Source of the DNA: a virus
Virus record (IMG/VR): IMGVR_UViG_3300025108_000022
Location: 1-64,000 of that record
DNA length: 64,000 nucleotides
Strand: one strand, 5' to 3'
The notes below the pieces were generated by a model that saw only the letters and a program-made list of their open reading frames with translations, was not told the DNA's origin and made no database searches. Below, in pieces: positions 47,151-56,622 of the stretch. Both the position numbers and the translations under genes were made by a program. Position 1 is the stretch's first letter; the number at the start of each line of letters is the position of its first letter.

Positions 47151-47578
47151 CAGACGCAATTGAAGCCATTCGTGACATCATAGACAGCAATTGGTCTATT
47201 TCACCAAAACCGTCTATTTTGGACATCGCTACATTGGATGCTGGCGAAGGAAAGCGCACTCGGTTGCAGGATCACGACATCATTCGGATTTTTGAAACAG
47301 CACATAACGAAGCACAGCCCGAATTGGCTTTTGACTTTGTAAATGAACACATCAACCTCACCATTGACATACGCACTGTGAAGAATCGGGAACGCCTAAG
47401 CGCACTCCGAGATGAAGTCCGGCGCATACTACATTTGGTGAGAAAGGGCGATAATAACACATTTGATAGGGTAATCTTCAAAACCCGCACCGACTTGTCC
47501 GACCGGAGCAAGAGGTTGTTCCGCTATACAATGCAAGCCGAATGTGTGATTTTCGCCCAACCACTACCAACCCTATGA
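47147..47578 (+). CDS. Putative tail terminator/completion protein
   Basis: 143 aa directly before the tail tube. LTIDIRT...LRDEVRRIL pattern. Confidence 0.55.
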   Translation: MTDAIEAIRDIIDSNWSISPKPSILDIATLDAGEGKRTRLQDHDIIRIFETAHNEAQPELAFDFVNEHINLTIDIRTVKNRERLSALRDEVRRILHLVRKGDNNTFDRVIFKTRTDLSDRSKRLFRYTMQAECVIFAQPLPTL

Positions 47579-47589
47579 GATGATGAAAA

Positions 47590-49830
47590 ATGGCTGTAAA
47601 TCAAGTATTCAAGGGCGACATTGTTGAAGTGTCGTTCGGAAAAGAAACCGGACTGTATGGGCAAGGAACGAATGTCACTTCGGGGACTGGTGCTACTGCT
47701 GGTTGGAATACAGTGACCGCTGGCAACAACACCACCATTAGCCTCGGAGCAGGAATGTATTGGGTTGGCTTGAATGCGGCGGGAAACGCACCTCACGCCC
47801 TTATTCCCGACGGAATGCTCACAGGCGCAACGCTTAGGATTTATTCATCGGGAAGCAACACCAATTTCAACGCAGATCACTATCCTACGACCAAGCGCAC
47901 CTACTACATCACCAAAAACAGTGGAAACACAATCACTATCACCCCTGCGTTGGCAACAACAGCCGACACAACCGCAGACACAGCCGACTACTTCATCATT
48001 GACGCCAACCGTGTCCCAACACATGACCCGGCTATGGGTGAAAACGATCAACGGGTATTAACCGACCAATTCATCGGTCTTCTCAATTCATTCACACTCC
48101 CCGAACCCGAAGTGGAGATTCGCAAACAACACATCGTCGGTATGGGCCGTGATGTGAACATTTTGACCTCCGGCAAAGAAACTCTTGCTGGCGGTTCTTT
48201 TGATGTCAACGCCCACACCCTCCGCTACTGGAAATATGCACTTGGGGGTCATACAGCACGAAGCAGGGGAGAGTTCTCAAGTATCACCGGAGCAAACACC
48301 GTATTGACTGACTTGCCTCTTAACATCAAAGACGGTGCAACAGCCGCTTATGCGGCACAGGATGTCGGAGGTGCCGCAATAGATGTGAGCATCACAGCCA
48401 CCGTCGGTGCAAATGGCTTAACTGGCCTTACGGGCACTGCTGGCACAGAAGTATTCGTTGGTGCGCTTTCAGTGGCCGACCTTGACGCTGGTGAAATCAC
48501 CCTCACCAATAACGCAAGTGTGAGCCACGAATCAGCACCCGTAGCAGGGCTATTCAAGGTTCTTTCAGCCGACGGAAACGATGTTTTGCTTGGCTATTAT
48601 ACCGCAGGTGGCGGGGCATCAGCCACACTTACAGGCTGTGCTGATATTGATACGGGGGCATTAGCAAGGGCGAAAGCCGCCAATGTTCCGATTTACCTTC
48701 TTGCTGGCATCACAGGCAACATCACTTGCGGTGATTTGCGAGTCAATGTCGGAGCAACAAACGCCGCCAAGTTCACAATCGGCGACTACATTCAGATCTT
48801 TGACAAGGACACAGTGGTTATACCCGGTGCCGATGTCACCGCACCAACAGTCAACAGGCACGAAATCCGTCGTGTTATCGCTATCGGAACCGCCAACGGT
48901 GGTGACGCTGGGCAATTGTATGTTGAAGAGGCTTTTATGTTCGATCACATCGCCGCTTCATGTGGCGTTGAAAGGCTACAATACACATACAGCGACAATG
49001 AATACAGAAGAGGAAGCCCTGCGCTTTTATCCACTGGTGAACTCAAATATGGTGTTGAACACACTTTCTTTGGTTATTCGCATGTTCCTACATTCGCTGT
49101 TGAACAATCATTCCGTTCTTCGGATTCAACACCGGGAGCCAATCAATTGCTTCGTGTTTTCAGTGGTTGTAAAATGGGCGACTTGAACCTTGCCGCTGAC
49201 AGCGAAGGGGAATTGAAACTAAGTGGATCCTTTGAATCCACACGCATGTTCAAAGACACTGCCTCAAAGTTCATCACACCACACCGAATGTTTGAGAATA
49301 CTGCTAATACTCAAATTAAGCGAAGAGTGTCGGGTATTGCAGTGAACGGCGAAAAGCCATATCTGTTTCAGCACATGCAATTCAGTGCCTTCGGTGCTTC
49401 GGTGCTTCGTGCCAAAACAGTGGACATAACAATCGCAAACACCAATACAGCCCAATTTTACATTCGTGGCTCAAGTCAAACACACCTTGACGGAGATCAG
49501 GTTCAACAAGCGGCAACGCAGTTCGCATCGGAAATAACCGAAGCCGCCCGTGAATACACTTTCAAGTTCTCCGCACTTGTTGAGGATGATCGCTGGTTTG
49601 AACAATTGCGAACACGCAAGCACCACATTAACTCAAACGATTGCACGCTGACTTTGACAAAATCCGGCGCACATGCCACTCGCCAAAACGCAACAATCAC
49701 ACTTGAAGACTATACAGTCACGAAGGCCGAACATCCGGTGCCGGATGATAAAGGGCCAGTCACAGCGACCGTGGAGTTCGCTGTTCGCCACTTGAAGGTG
49801 GCCGAAACTTCTCCATACTTCGTCGTTTGA
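47590..49830 (+). CDS. Major tail tube protein with inserted domains
   Basis: VSFGKET, PTFAVEQS, LRVFSGCKMGDLNL and REYTFKF. Followed by chaperone and tape measure genes. Confidence 0.7.
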   Translation: MAVNQVFKGDIVEVSFGKETGLYGQGTNVTSGTGATAGWNTVTAGNNTTISLGAGMYWVGLNAAGNAPHALIPDGMLTGATLRIYSSGSNTNFNADHYPTTKRTYYITKNSGNTITITPALATTADTTADTADYFIIDANRVPTHDPAMGENDQRVLTDQFIGLLNSFTLPEPEVEIRKQHIVGMGRDVNILTSGKETLAGGSFDVNAHTLRYWKYALGGHTARSRGEFSSITGANTVLTDLPLNIKDGATAAYAAQDVGGAAIDVSITATVGANGLTGLTGTAGTEVFVGALSVADLDAGEITLTNNASVSHESAPVAGLFKVLSADGNDVLLGYYTAGGGASATLTGCADIDTGALARAKAANVPIYLLAGITGNITCGDLRVNVGATNAAKFTIGDYIQIFDKDTVVIPGADVTAPTVNRHEIRRVIAIGTANGGDAGQLYVEEAFMFDHIAASCGVERLQYTYSDNEYRRGSPALLSTGELKYGVEHTFFGYSHVPTFAVEQSFRSSDSTPGANQLLRVFSGCKMGDLNLAADSEGELKLSGSFESTRMFKDTASKFITPHRMFENTANTQIKRRVSGIAVNGEKPYLFQHMQFSAFGASVLRAKTVDITIANTNTAQFYIRGSSQTHLDGDQVQQAATQFASEITEAAREYTFKFSALVEDDRWFEQLRTRKHHINSNDCTLTLTKSGAHATRQNATITLEDYTVTKAEHPVPDDKGPVTATVEFAVRHLKVAETSPYFVV

Positions 49831-49872
49831 CGAGGACAAGGTATATTAACAACAATGAGAAGGGTGAGAACA

Positions 49873-50229
49873 ATGGTAAGACTGACAGGATATGTGAACA
49901 TCGCAGGGCGACGAGAATACTTGAATTGGACAATAGAAGGAACAAGCATCATTGAAGGTGCTGGCCTGTCCAGTGGAGAAATCGTTGTCCATGCTGACGC
50001 TCCTGTCGCTTCACCCGCCCCTGCAACACCAGCAACACCGGAATTGGCCCCAGCGGAGCCGACATCATACGACGACATGAACAAGACCGAATTACAGGTC
50101 TTGTGTAGTCAGCGTGAACTGTCAACCGCAGGAACCAAAGCCGACTTGATTGCTCGTTTGAACGAAGGCGATGAAGCCGAACCAGCAACCGAAGGTGAAA
50201 CAGATGGCGGAGAAAGCGATAGCGAGTGA
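49873..50229 (+). CDS. SAP-domain protein
   Basis: YDDMNKTELQVLCSQRELSTAGTKADLIARL. GGTGA SD. Confidence 0.8.
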   Translation: MVRLTGYVNIAGRREYLNWTIEGTSIIEGAGLSSGEIVVHADAPVASPAPATPATPELAPAEPTSYDDMNKTELQVLCSQRELSTAGTKADLIARLNEGDEAEPATEGETDGGESDSE

Positions 50230-50569
50230 TTTAATCACAGGCACAGATGCAGAAGAAACGAGAGTGGAAACACCATACGGGGAAATGACCCTTTGGATCC
50301 GCCCTCTTTCTTGGGTTGATCGGCAAAAAGCACTGACGAAGTTCGTGTCCTTGTCGGCTGACGGGGACGGAAATATGGCTCCGAAAATTGACTTCGGGGG
50401 CTACTGGAAGTTCGTTCTCACGACCTGCATTGAGCGCACAGAACCCGCACTCACGACAAAGCAATTGCTGAACATTCGCCCCGAAGTCGGTGCCGCAATA
50501 CAGGCTGTATTGCCTTCATTTGAGGATTTGATGGCCGGTATGGCCGGTGCAAGCGGCCCTTTGGAATAA
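50204..50569 (+). CDS. Tail assembly chaperone (gpG-like)
   Basis: Lies between tube and tape measure. Ends at a slippery site. Confidence 0.7.
   Translation: MAEKAIASDLITGTDAEETRVETPYGEMTLWIRPLSWVDRQKALTKFVSLSADGDGNMAPKIDFGGYWKFVLTTCIERTEPALTTKQLLNIRPEVGAAIQAVLPSFEDLMAGMAGASGPLE
50557..50563 (+). other. Programmed -1 frameshift slippery site C CCT TTG
   Basis: X XXY YYZ heptamer just before the stop. The -1 frame is open and continuous with ORF 50593..50898. Confidence 0.75.
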
Positions 50570-50592
50570 CCCTTGATGATGTCCGTTCATTT

Positions 50593-50898
50593 ATGAAATG
50601 GGATGGAGAGGGCGAACTGCCGATTGACGATTACAAAATACCAGTTATTGCTGGCAACATGCCCACCTTTTTTCTCGGACATTTTTTCAAGTGTGCCCCT
50701 TCTTCATGGGATCACTTGCCACCCGAAAGAGTCGTTTTAGACTACTTCACATTGTCGGCATATAAGGAGATGGAGGCCGAACAGATGGAACAATTGAAGC
50801 GTGAGAACACCGTCGGTGCAAACAAGGGGCGGTCAGTTCGCACTACAAGTGACTCCGACTTCTTTGAGCGAATGAATGCAAAACTGGGGAGTGAGTGA
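50593..50898 (+). CDS. Tail assembly chaperone extension (gpT-like, probably made as a frameshift fusion)
   Basis: In the -1 frame relative to the upstream chaperone, with no stop between 50557 and 50593. Confidence 0.7.
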   Translation: MKWDGEGELPIDDYKIPVIAGNMPTFFLGHFFKCAPSSWDHLPPERVVLDYFTLSAYKEMEAEQMEQLKRENTVGANKGRSVRTTSDSDFFERMNAKLGSE

Positions 50899-50900
50899 AT

Positions 50901-52469
50901 ATGGGAGCAGTAAAGAAACTCGATCTGGAGTTCGCTGATGGTGTGTCCACCCTTGAAGCATACAGGGACGCACTGGCTATTCTCCCCGATAAAACCCGTG
51001 TTCTTTTGAAGGTCTTTGGGCCTTTAATGTCCACCTATTTGAAGGTGGATTTAGCACTTCAAAGCCTCAACAAAACCTTCGGGGATTCGTCAAAACCAAT
51101 TGAAGAACTTGGCGACACTATGGAGGAAAGTGGCGACAAAGTGGAAAAAAGTGGAGGTGCTATGGGCAAGGCGGTGAGCGTTCTCAACGCCCCTTTTGTA
51201 GCACTTGGTGGCACTCTCAAACTGGTCGGAAGCATGTTCAAAAGCCTGTTGTTGGGACTATTGCCCCTCATGGGCGTCGTCATGGCCGTCACGGGTATTG
51301 TCATGTTATTTGTCGCCGCCTTTGACGCTGGCGGAGGGAAACTGAAACAATGGCTGGCTGATTTGCCGATTATCGGGGGGATGATGGCTACAATTGAAGC
51401 GGCGATCCAAGCGGTCAAGGACATTTGGGAAACACTGAAAGCCAACCTCACTTTGCCCGAAGGGACTGACAGCGAATCATTCTTCACAGGCATTATTGAC
51501 GGGATCACGATGGTTTATGAGATATTTCAAGGCTACTGGATGATGATTATTGAACTCATCAGTGCATACATCACTGCACTGGCCGAGTCGGGGCTTCTCC
51601 AAGCCATTATTGATGCAATCGTTTCCGTTTATGATTCTTTCATGGAGGCTTGGGACATGATCATGGGTGCCTTTGGCGACGGGGGAGTGCAGAACTTCTT
51701 TGATATGGTCGTCGGCTTGTTTCAATATACAATGGACTTTTTGGTGAGTTCGGGCATATTTGCATTCATTGGTGACATTATTCAATTGGTTGGTGAAATC
51801 ATCGGCACAGTGGTGTTCCTTGCGGCGGTCATTATTCGCATCGTCGTTGAAATTGTCAAGTTCGTCTATCCGTATGTCGCACCATACTACAAAATGCTGA
51901 TTGCCGCATTCGGCATGATCCTCACCGTCGTCATGGGTGTTGTTCGCACTATTATGAAACTCGTCAGTGCCTTCGTCGCACTGCTTCGTGGCGACTTTGA
52001 CAAAGTGGGTGAAATCCTATACTCAATCAAGGACATTTGGGTTGATGTGTTGGACGGAGTGATAGGCTTTTTCAAAGGTTTCATCAACAACCTCATTGAT
52101 TTCGCCAGCCCTGCTTTGAAACTCATAAACAAGGTCATAGGTGCCTTTAACGCCATCAATCCATTCGGTGAAATACCGGAAATTGACATTGGTGGCCTCA
52201 AACTCGCAAAGGGTGGCGTAGTCAGTGGGCCAAAGTCCGGCTATCCAGCCGAACTACACGGCACAGAAGCCGTAGTCCCACTGCCCGACGGGCGCACTAT
52301 CCCAGTCACCATGCAAGGTGGGGGCGGAATGGGTGGAGAAACGACAATCAACATCAATGTCAGCGGCGCAAGCGGCGACCCTCGCAAGATAGCACGAATG
52401 GTGGGTGATGAAGTCGGGCGTTTGTTCAAAAGCCGTTCACGCACTGGTGGTTTCAGCAGGGGGGTATGA
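50901..52469 (+). CDS. Tape measure protein
   Basis: Amphipathic and hydrophobic helical repeats with periodic W/F. C-terminal LAKGGVVSGP...ELHGTEAVVPL and TININVSG. Confidence 0.85.
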   Translation: MGAVKKLDLEFADGVSTLEAYRDALAILPDKTRVLLKVFGPLMSTYLKVDLALQSLNKTFGDSSKPIEELGDTMEESGDKVEKSGGAMGKAVSVLNAPFVALGGTLKLVGSMFKSLLLGLLPLMGVVMAVTGIVMLFVAAFDAGGGKLKQWLADLPIIGGMMATIEAAIQAVKDIWETLKANLTLPEGTDSESFFTGIIDGITMVYEIFQGYWMMIIELISAYITALAESGLLQAIIDAIVSVYDSFMEAWDMIMGAFGDGGVQNFFDMVVGLFQYTMDFLVSSGIFAFIGDIIQLVGEIIGTVVFLAAVIIRIVVEIVKFVYPYVAPYYKMLIAAFGMILTVVMGVVRTIMKLVSAFVALLRGDFDKVGEILYSIKDIWVDVLDGVIGFFKGFINNLIDFASPALKLINKVIGAFNAINPFGEIPEIDIGGLKLAKGGVVSGPKSGYPAELHGTEAVVPLPDGRTIPVTMQGGGGMGGETTININVSGASGDPRKIARMVGDEVGRLFKSRSRTGGFSRGV

Positions 52470-52472
52470 CGG

Positions 52473-53723
52473 GTGCCGAAAATACAATTGATTCGCAAAG
52501 ACGGGCAAGTCATTGAACTTGATGCAACCGATATAGGCATGTCAGTGACCCGTGGTGTTTCTGTTTGGCCGATACCGATTATCGCCACCCGTGCCGCATT
52601 AGATCTCAACGCAAACATGCTCGCTATCACCATTAACGGTGTGATCACTGACGACACTTCAAGCACAGGCGATAACGGAGCATCCTGCGTTTTGGATTTG
52701 TCAAGACCCACTGCGGTCTGTCTTTCTTGGCATGAGCAATTGAGAAACGAATACGGTGCTTATGTTCTCAAAGATGTGTTGCATGGAAAGGAAATCATGT
52801 TTAGCACAGCGGGGCAAATGAGCGCAGGGCTTGGAGAAAAAACTGTTTTGCGTTTTGACAAAGCGAGCAATTTTTCAAGCAGTGTCGCAACCGAGTCCGT
52901 CGTTCGTGTTGACTTGTCGGGAACAGTGAACCACACGGGCCATGTGGCTACGGCAATAAAAACAGCCTTAGATGGAGGCACTGTCAAAGTCGGAGGTGCA
53001 AACACCGCAATAAGTTCACTCTTAACCACCACTCTTTCGCTCGGTGAGCAATCCGAATTAAGCGCAAATAAACAAGGGATAGGTGCGGCTGTCAACGAAA
53101 AGGTCACGATAGCAAACCTAACGACAGGAAAGGCAGGGAACTTGCCTCTTGTCAAGCGTGGTGCCATGCCCTTCTCAACAACGGCTGACTGGTCGCACTC
53201 ATTCTTCACTTCGGCATTTACAGGTGGTGTGGACGGTTCACGCAAAAGCAAGGGGGACAAGGTGCAAGACCTCCTTAACATGACAATGAATGCAAATGTC
53301 GGTGGTTTTATGGTTTCACCTCAAGCACTGACTGGTGATCTTGTTGAAATGCCGGACTCACTATCGTCTTTTGACACATCAAAATTGCTTGGAATCAGTG
53401 AATCTTCGTCTATTCGCAAATACATTGTCGGTCTTCGCATACCGTATGAATCAATGGTGACGGCAGGGGTCAGTGGTGAGGTATTGCGCCAATTCATCAT
53501 TCCTTCGGGGCCGGGAACAGATTACCCGTCCGAAGAAAATACAGAACCATTCGATCCGACCAACACAGAAGGCGGAGAAATCACAAGACCCAACCCGTTT
53601 TTCCGACAAAAGGTTGCTATTCCGGGTGTAGTTCAAACATTTCAACCTGCATATCAAGCAGGTGATTCGGTTTGGACTTATTCGCTCGGTTTTGCCGCAG
53701 TGGAACAATTGATTGGGGTTTGA
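52473..53723 (+). CDS. Putative distal tail/hub protein
   Basis: Directly follows the tape measure. Beta-rich termini around an insertion. Confidence 0.55.
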   Translation: MPKIQLIRKDGQVIELDATDIGMSVTRGVSVWPIPIIATRAALDLNANMLAITINGVITDDTSSTGDNGASCVLDLSRPTAVCLSWHEQLRNEYGAYVLKDVLHGKEIMFSTAGQMSAGLGEKTVLRFDKASNFSSSVATESVVRVDLSGTVNHTGHVATAIKTALDGGTVKVGGANTAISSLLTTTLSLGEQSELSANKQGIGAAVNEKVTIANLTTGKAGNLPLVKRGAMPFSTTADWSHSFFTSAFTGGVDGSRKSKGDKVQDLLNMTMNANVGGFMVSPQALTGDLVEMPDSLSSFDTSKLLGISESSSIRKYIVGLRIPYESMVTAGVSGEVLRQFIIPSGPGTDYPSEENTEPFDPTNTEGGEITRPNPFFRQKVAIPGVVQTFQPAYQAGDSVWTYSLGFAAVEQLIGV

Positions 53724-53728
53724 TATTC

Positions 53729-56620
53729 ATGCCGATCAAAAAACTGCATTCACAGGCCATTCGTTTTAATGGTTTCACTGACGGTATTGTTGTCCCTACG
53801 GGTGCATTCCGAGAATCGGGTGTGGATTTGTATGCCGCATCGCACACTGAAAAAACAGGATCAACCAACAAAGTTCCCTCATATAATAGCGACGACCCCA
53901 AAATAGGGAGGCGACACATACCCAACGAAGGGAACGGTCTAAACAACATAATTGGCCCATTCACCATAGAAGCCTTTGTCATACCCGATAAAGGAGGCAT
54001 AATCGTTTCAAAGGAAAATTGCTACACATTGGAGATAGGGAGTCCACTTGCGCCTAAATCCGCTGTGTTCACCGTGTTCACCCGAAGCACTTCGGGTGCT
54101 AAAGACGCTGTGAATGTAGCCACTTCTTTCAATTTTCCCACTTTGAATAACCCATACAGCATATTATTGACGGATGAAGGTTTTGAAGAAGGTGTTTATC
54201 AATTCAACCCAATTGAAGATGGTGAACAAGGGCACAAGCCCCATGATTTAGATTTGCCTTTACAGCCATTGTTGTATTTGAACGCACAGTTCACTGGAAA
54301 GGACTTGCGACTTTACATCAATGGAGATTTGGTGGCAAAGTCGGACTTTGGTGGAGAGGAAAGAACAATTCAAGCGAGTTCTTCTGATCTGTTCATAGGC
54401 GGGCGAGGGGGAGAGTTCCGAGGTGTCATTGAAAGTGTTCGGATTAGCAGGGGTGTTGTAGCACCGAAACTCCAACCATTTACTAAACAAGACAACACTA
54501 TGGGGCTATGGGATTTTGAAGATGAAGACGACACCCCCAACCTGTTTTTCGCTAACCATAAGAGTCCGGCACAGGCTGATTATAGCGGGAGAGATGGAGT
54601 CGGCCAAAGTGACGGGAAAATGTCGCACCCAATGGTGTGCGTCGGTTATGATTTCACTAATGTTGCCGTCAGCGGCAATATAACCACCCCCTTGTCATTG
54701 ACAACGGGCTACGACTACGCTACTTTCAAAATCCGTGATTTTGGGGGAACCAAGCCCAGTGCTTTGGAAATGCTCGCTTCTCATATCCTATCCATACCGA
54801 TTGACGACTTGCCTCTCCAATCATGGTGGAACAATGGGACTGGTGTGCTTGACATCGGGGCACATGTCACTAAAGCACGCTATCATGCTGATGGGTTGCC
54901 AGTGTCAAACTTAAACGCAATCGTCAATGCCAGCGGCACAGATCCGAACACAGGGGTGCCGGTATCAGCATACGACTATGAGGATTTGGCACAAGACCCC
55001 GCAGGTGGTGTCAGTCTTGACCCTATGGCGAACCCAATAGAACGAATCCGCATAATTGCTCTTGACTTCAACGCACACGCAATAGTCGTGCAAAACTCAA
55101 TGCTCAAGAACGAAGATGGAGTGGCCGATGCAAAAAGTCAAGGGTTCATTTTCGCACACCCCGATAATACGCCCATTTGGTTCACTCTCGGAAACGGGGA
55201 CTTATTGATCGATTTAGGCAACGACTTGCGCCCAGCAGGACAAATGACAAGGGCGAGGTTCACTCAAGGCCAACGATTCAAGGACAAATCGGGTTTTGGG
55301 AATGCGGCATACTTTGTCAACACCCATTCAAGGAACACAAACGAAATGAAAAACCGCCTTCAAAACATCGGTGGTTTAACACAAAACACCGACTATCCGC
55401 CAATGACGCCTTCATTGTTGCTTTGGCTTGATGCCGACGATCCGGCCACTATGTTGAGGGGCGATATGCAACCCCTCATGGCGGTGACTGACAACAGCAA
55501 TTACCCAGTGTGGTGGAAAAGTAAAGCCCCAGCGGCACCGGATTATCATTTTTATGGCGGAAGCATGGTTGGAAACGCATGGCGTTGGATTAAAAACAAC
55601 CCAAAGGTGAACAGTCGTGGTGGCCTCCAAGCCGCCGGAATAGCCGAGCAGGTCGGTGTCACTGAAATTGACCCCGGACTGGAACAAGCGGGTGAAATAA
55701 ATACAAACCTCATACCACTTACACCCACCACCACTGAAAAATCCATGTGGGTCAACGGAGAGGGTGCATTCAATCAGCCGGGGAGAGTTCCCGGTTTTGA
55801 TAGTGCGAACGGGCCAGCACCAACACCTTTCGCTGTCGTTCATAATACGGAAATTGGTGGTGTTGCGACCAACAATGGCGATTTCACATTCTATTATGTT
55901 ATTACACCGCAATATGAGTCCGGCGTCTTGCATTTGTTGAAAAATGTGGCAAACACACCCGACTTTCAATTGGACAACGGAAGTGGTGTCCCATCCATAG
56001 CGTATTCAAACATCACAGCCGCACTTCACCAAGACGGAAAGCCGACAGCAGGACAACCCTGTTTAGTCGCCATCACTGTCAACGGCACTGAAAATGGCCT
56101 TTACAAAATGTGGGCGAAAGGTTCGGGTGCTGGGGCAACCCACAGTCAAGCGTTAAGCGGAACACCAAATGCCGACCTTTCGTTTTTAGATGCCACCACT
56201 GGGACAGCGGGTTTAGAATTGTTTGGTTTCTTAACGCACACACCAGCCAGTGGCGGCGGCGGTGGCGGCGGCGGTGGCGGCGGTGGCGGGGAACCCGACC
56301 CCGAACCACCCGAAGAACCCGAAGAACCCGAACCCGGAGAGATTGGCGGAGAACCCGGATTTGGCGGAGAAGACCCCTTCAACCCCACCGAACCCGGATT
56401 TGGCGGAGAAGACCCCCCGAAAGCAGACCCCTTTGACCCCTTCAACCCCCCCGGAGGTGGCGGCGGAGGCGGCGGTGCCCCTTTTGTCCCCGAATCAAAT
56501 ACCGCCACTGCTACCGCACCGCCGGGTTTCATAGTTCACGAAGTATTGATTTATGCTGGTTATCACGGCACTTCTATGAACGATGTGCGACAGTATGTTG
56601 AAGACAAATGGGGGATCTGA
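53729..56620 (+). CDS. Tail protein with LamG/concanavalin-like domains
   Basis: FTIEAFV, LRLYINGDLV, LFIGG..GEFRGVIESVRIS, LWDFED and LLLWLDADD. Gly/Pro/Glu insert near the C-terminus. Confidence 0.75.
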   Translation: MPIKKLHSQAIRFNGFTDGIVVPTGAFRESGVDLYAASHTEKTGSTNKVPSYNSDDPKIGRRHIPNEGNGLNNIIGPFTIEAFVIPDKGGIIVSKENCYTLEIGSPLAPKSAVFTVFTRSTSGAKDAVNVATSFNFPTLNNPYSILLTDEGFEEGVYQFNPIEDGEQGHKPHDLDLPLQPLLYLNAQFTGKDLRLYINGDLVAKSDFGGEERTIQASSSDLFIGGRGGEFRGVIESVRISRGVVAPKLQPFTKQDNTMGLWDFEDEDDTPNLFFANHKSPAQADYSGRDGVGQSDGKMSHPMVCVGYDFTNVAVSGNITTPLSLTTGYDYATFKIRDFGGTKPSALEMLASHILSIPIDDLPLQSWWNNGTGVLDIGAHVTKARYHADGLPVSNLNAIVNASGTDPNTGVPVSAYDYEDLAQDPAGGVSLDPMANPIERIRIIALDFNAHAIVVQNSMLKNEDGVADAKSQGFIFAHPDNTPIWFTLGNGDLLIDLGNDLRPAGQMTRARFTQGQRFKDKSGFGNAAYFVNTHSRNTNEMKNRLQNIGGLTQNTDYPPMTPSLLLWLDADDPATMLRGDMQPLMAVTDNSNYPVWWKSKAPAAPDYHFYGGSMVGNAWRWIKNNPKVNSRGGLQAAGIAEQVGVTEIDPGLEQAGEINTNLIPLTPTTTEKSMWVNGEGAFNQPGRVPGFDSANGPAPTPFAVVHNTEIGGVATNNGDFTFYYVITPQYESGVLHLLKNVANTPDFQLDNGSGVPSIAYSNITAALHQDGKPTAGQPCLVAITVNGTENGLYKMWAKGSGAGATHSQALSGTPNADLSFLDATTGTAGLELFGFLTHTPASGGGGGGGGGGGGGEPDPEPPEEPEEPEPGEIGGEPGFGGEDPFNPTEPGFGGEDPPKADPFDPFNPPGGGGGGGGAPFVPESNTATATAPPGFIVHEVLIYAGYHGTSMNDVRQYVEDKWGI
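56249..56480 (+). repeat. Poly-Gly-flanked Pro/Glu repeat insert
   Basis: (GGC/GGT)n tracts. 27-nt direct repeat GAACCCGGATTTGGCGGAGAAGACCCC at 56351 and 56390. Confidence 0.85.
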
Positions 56621-56622
56621 AT

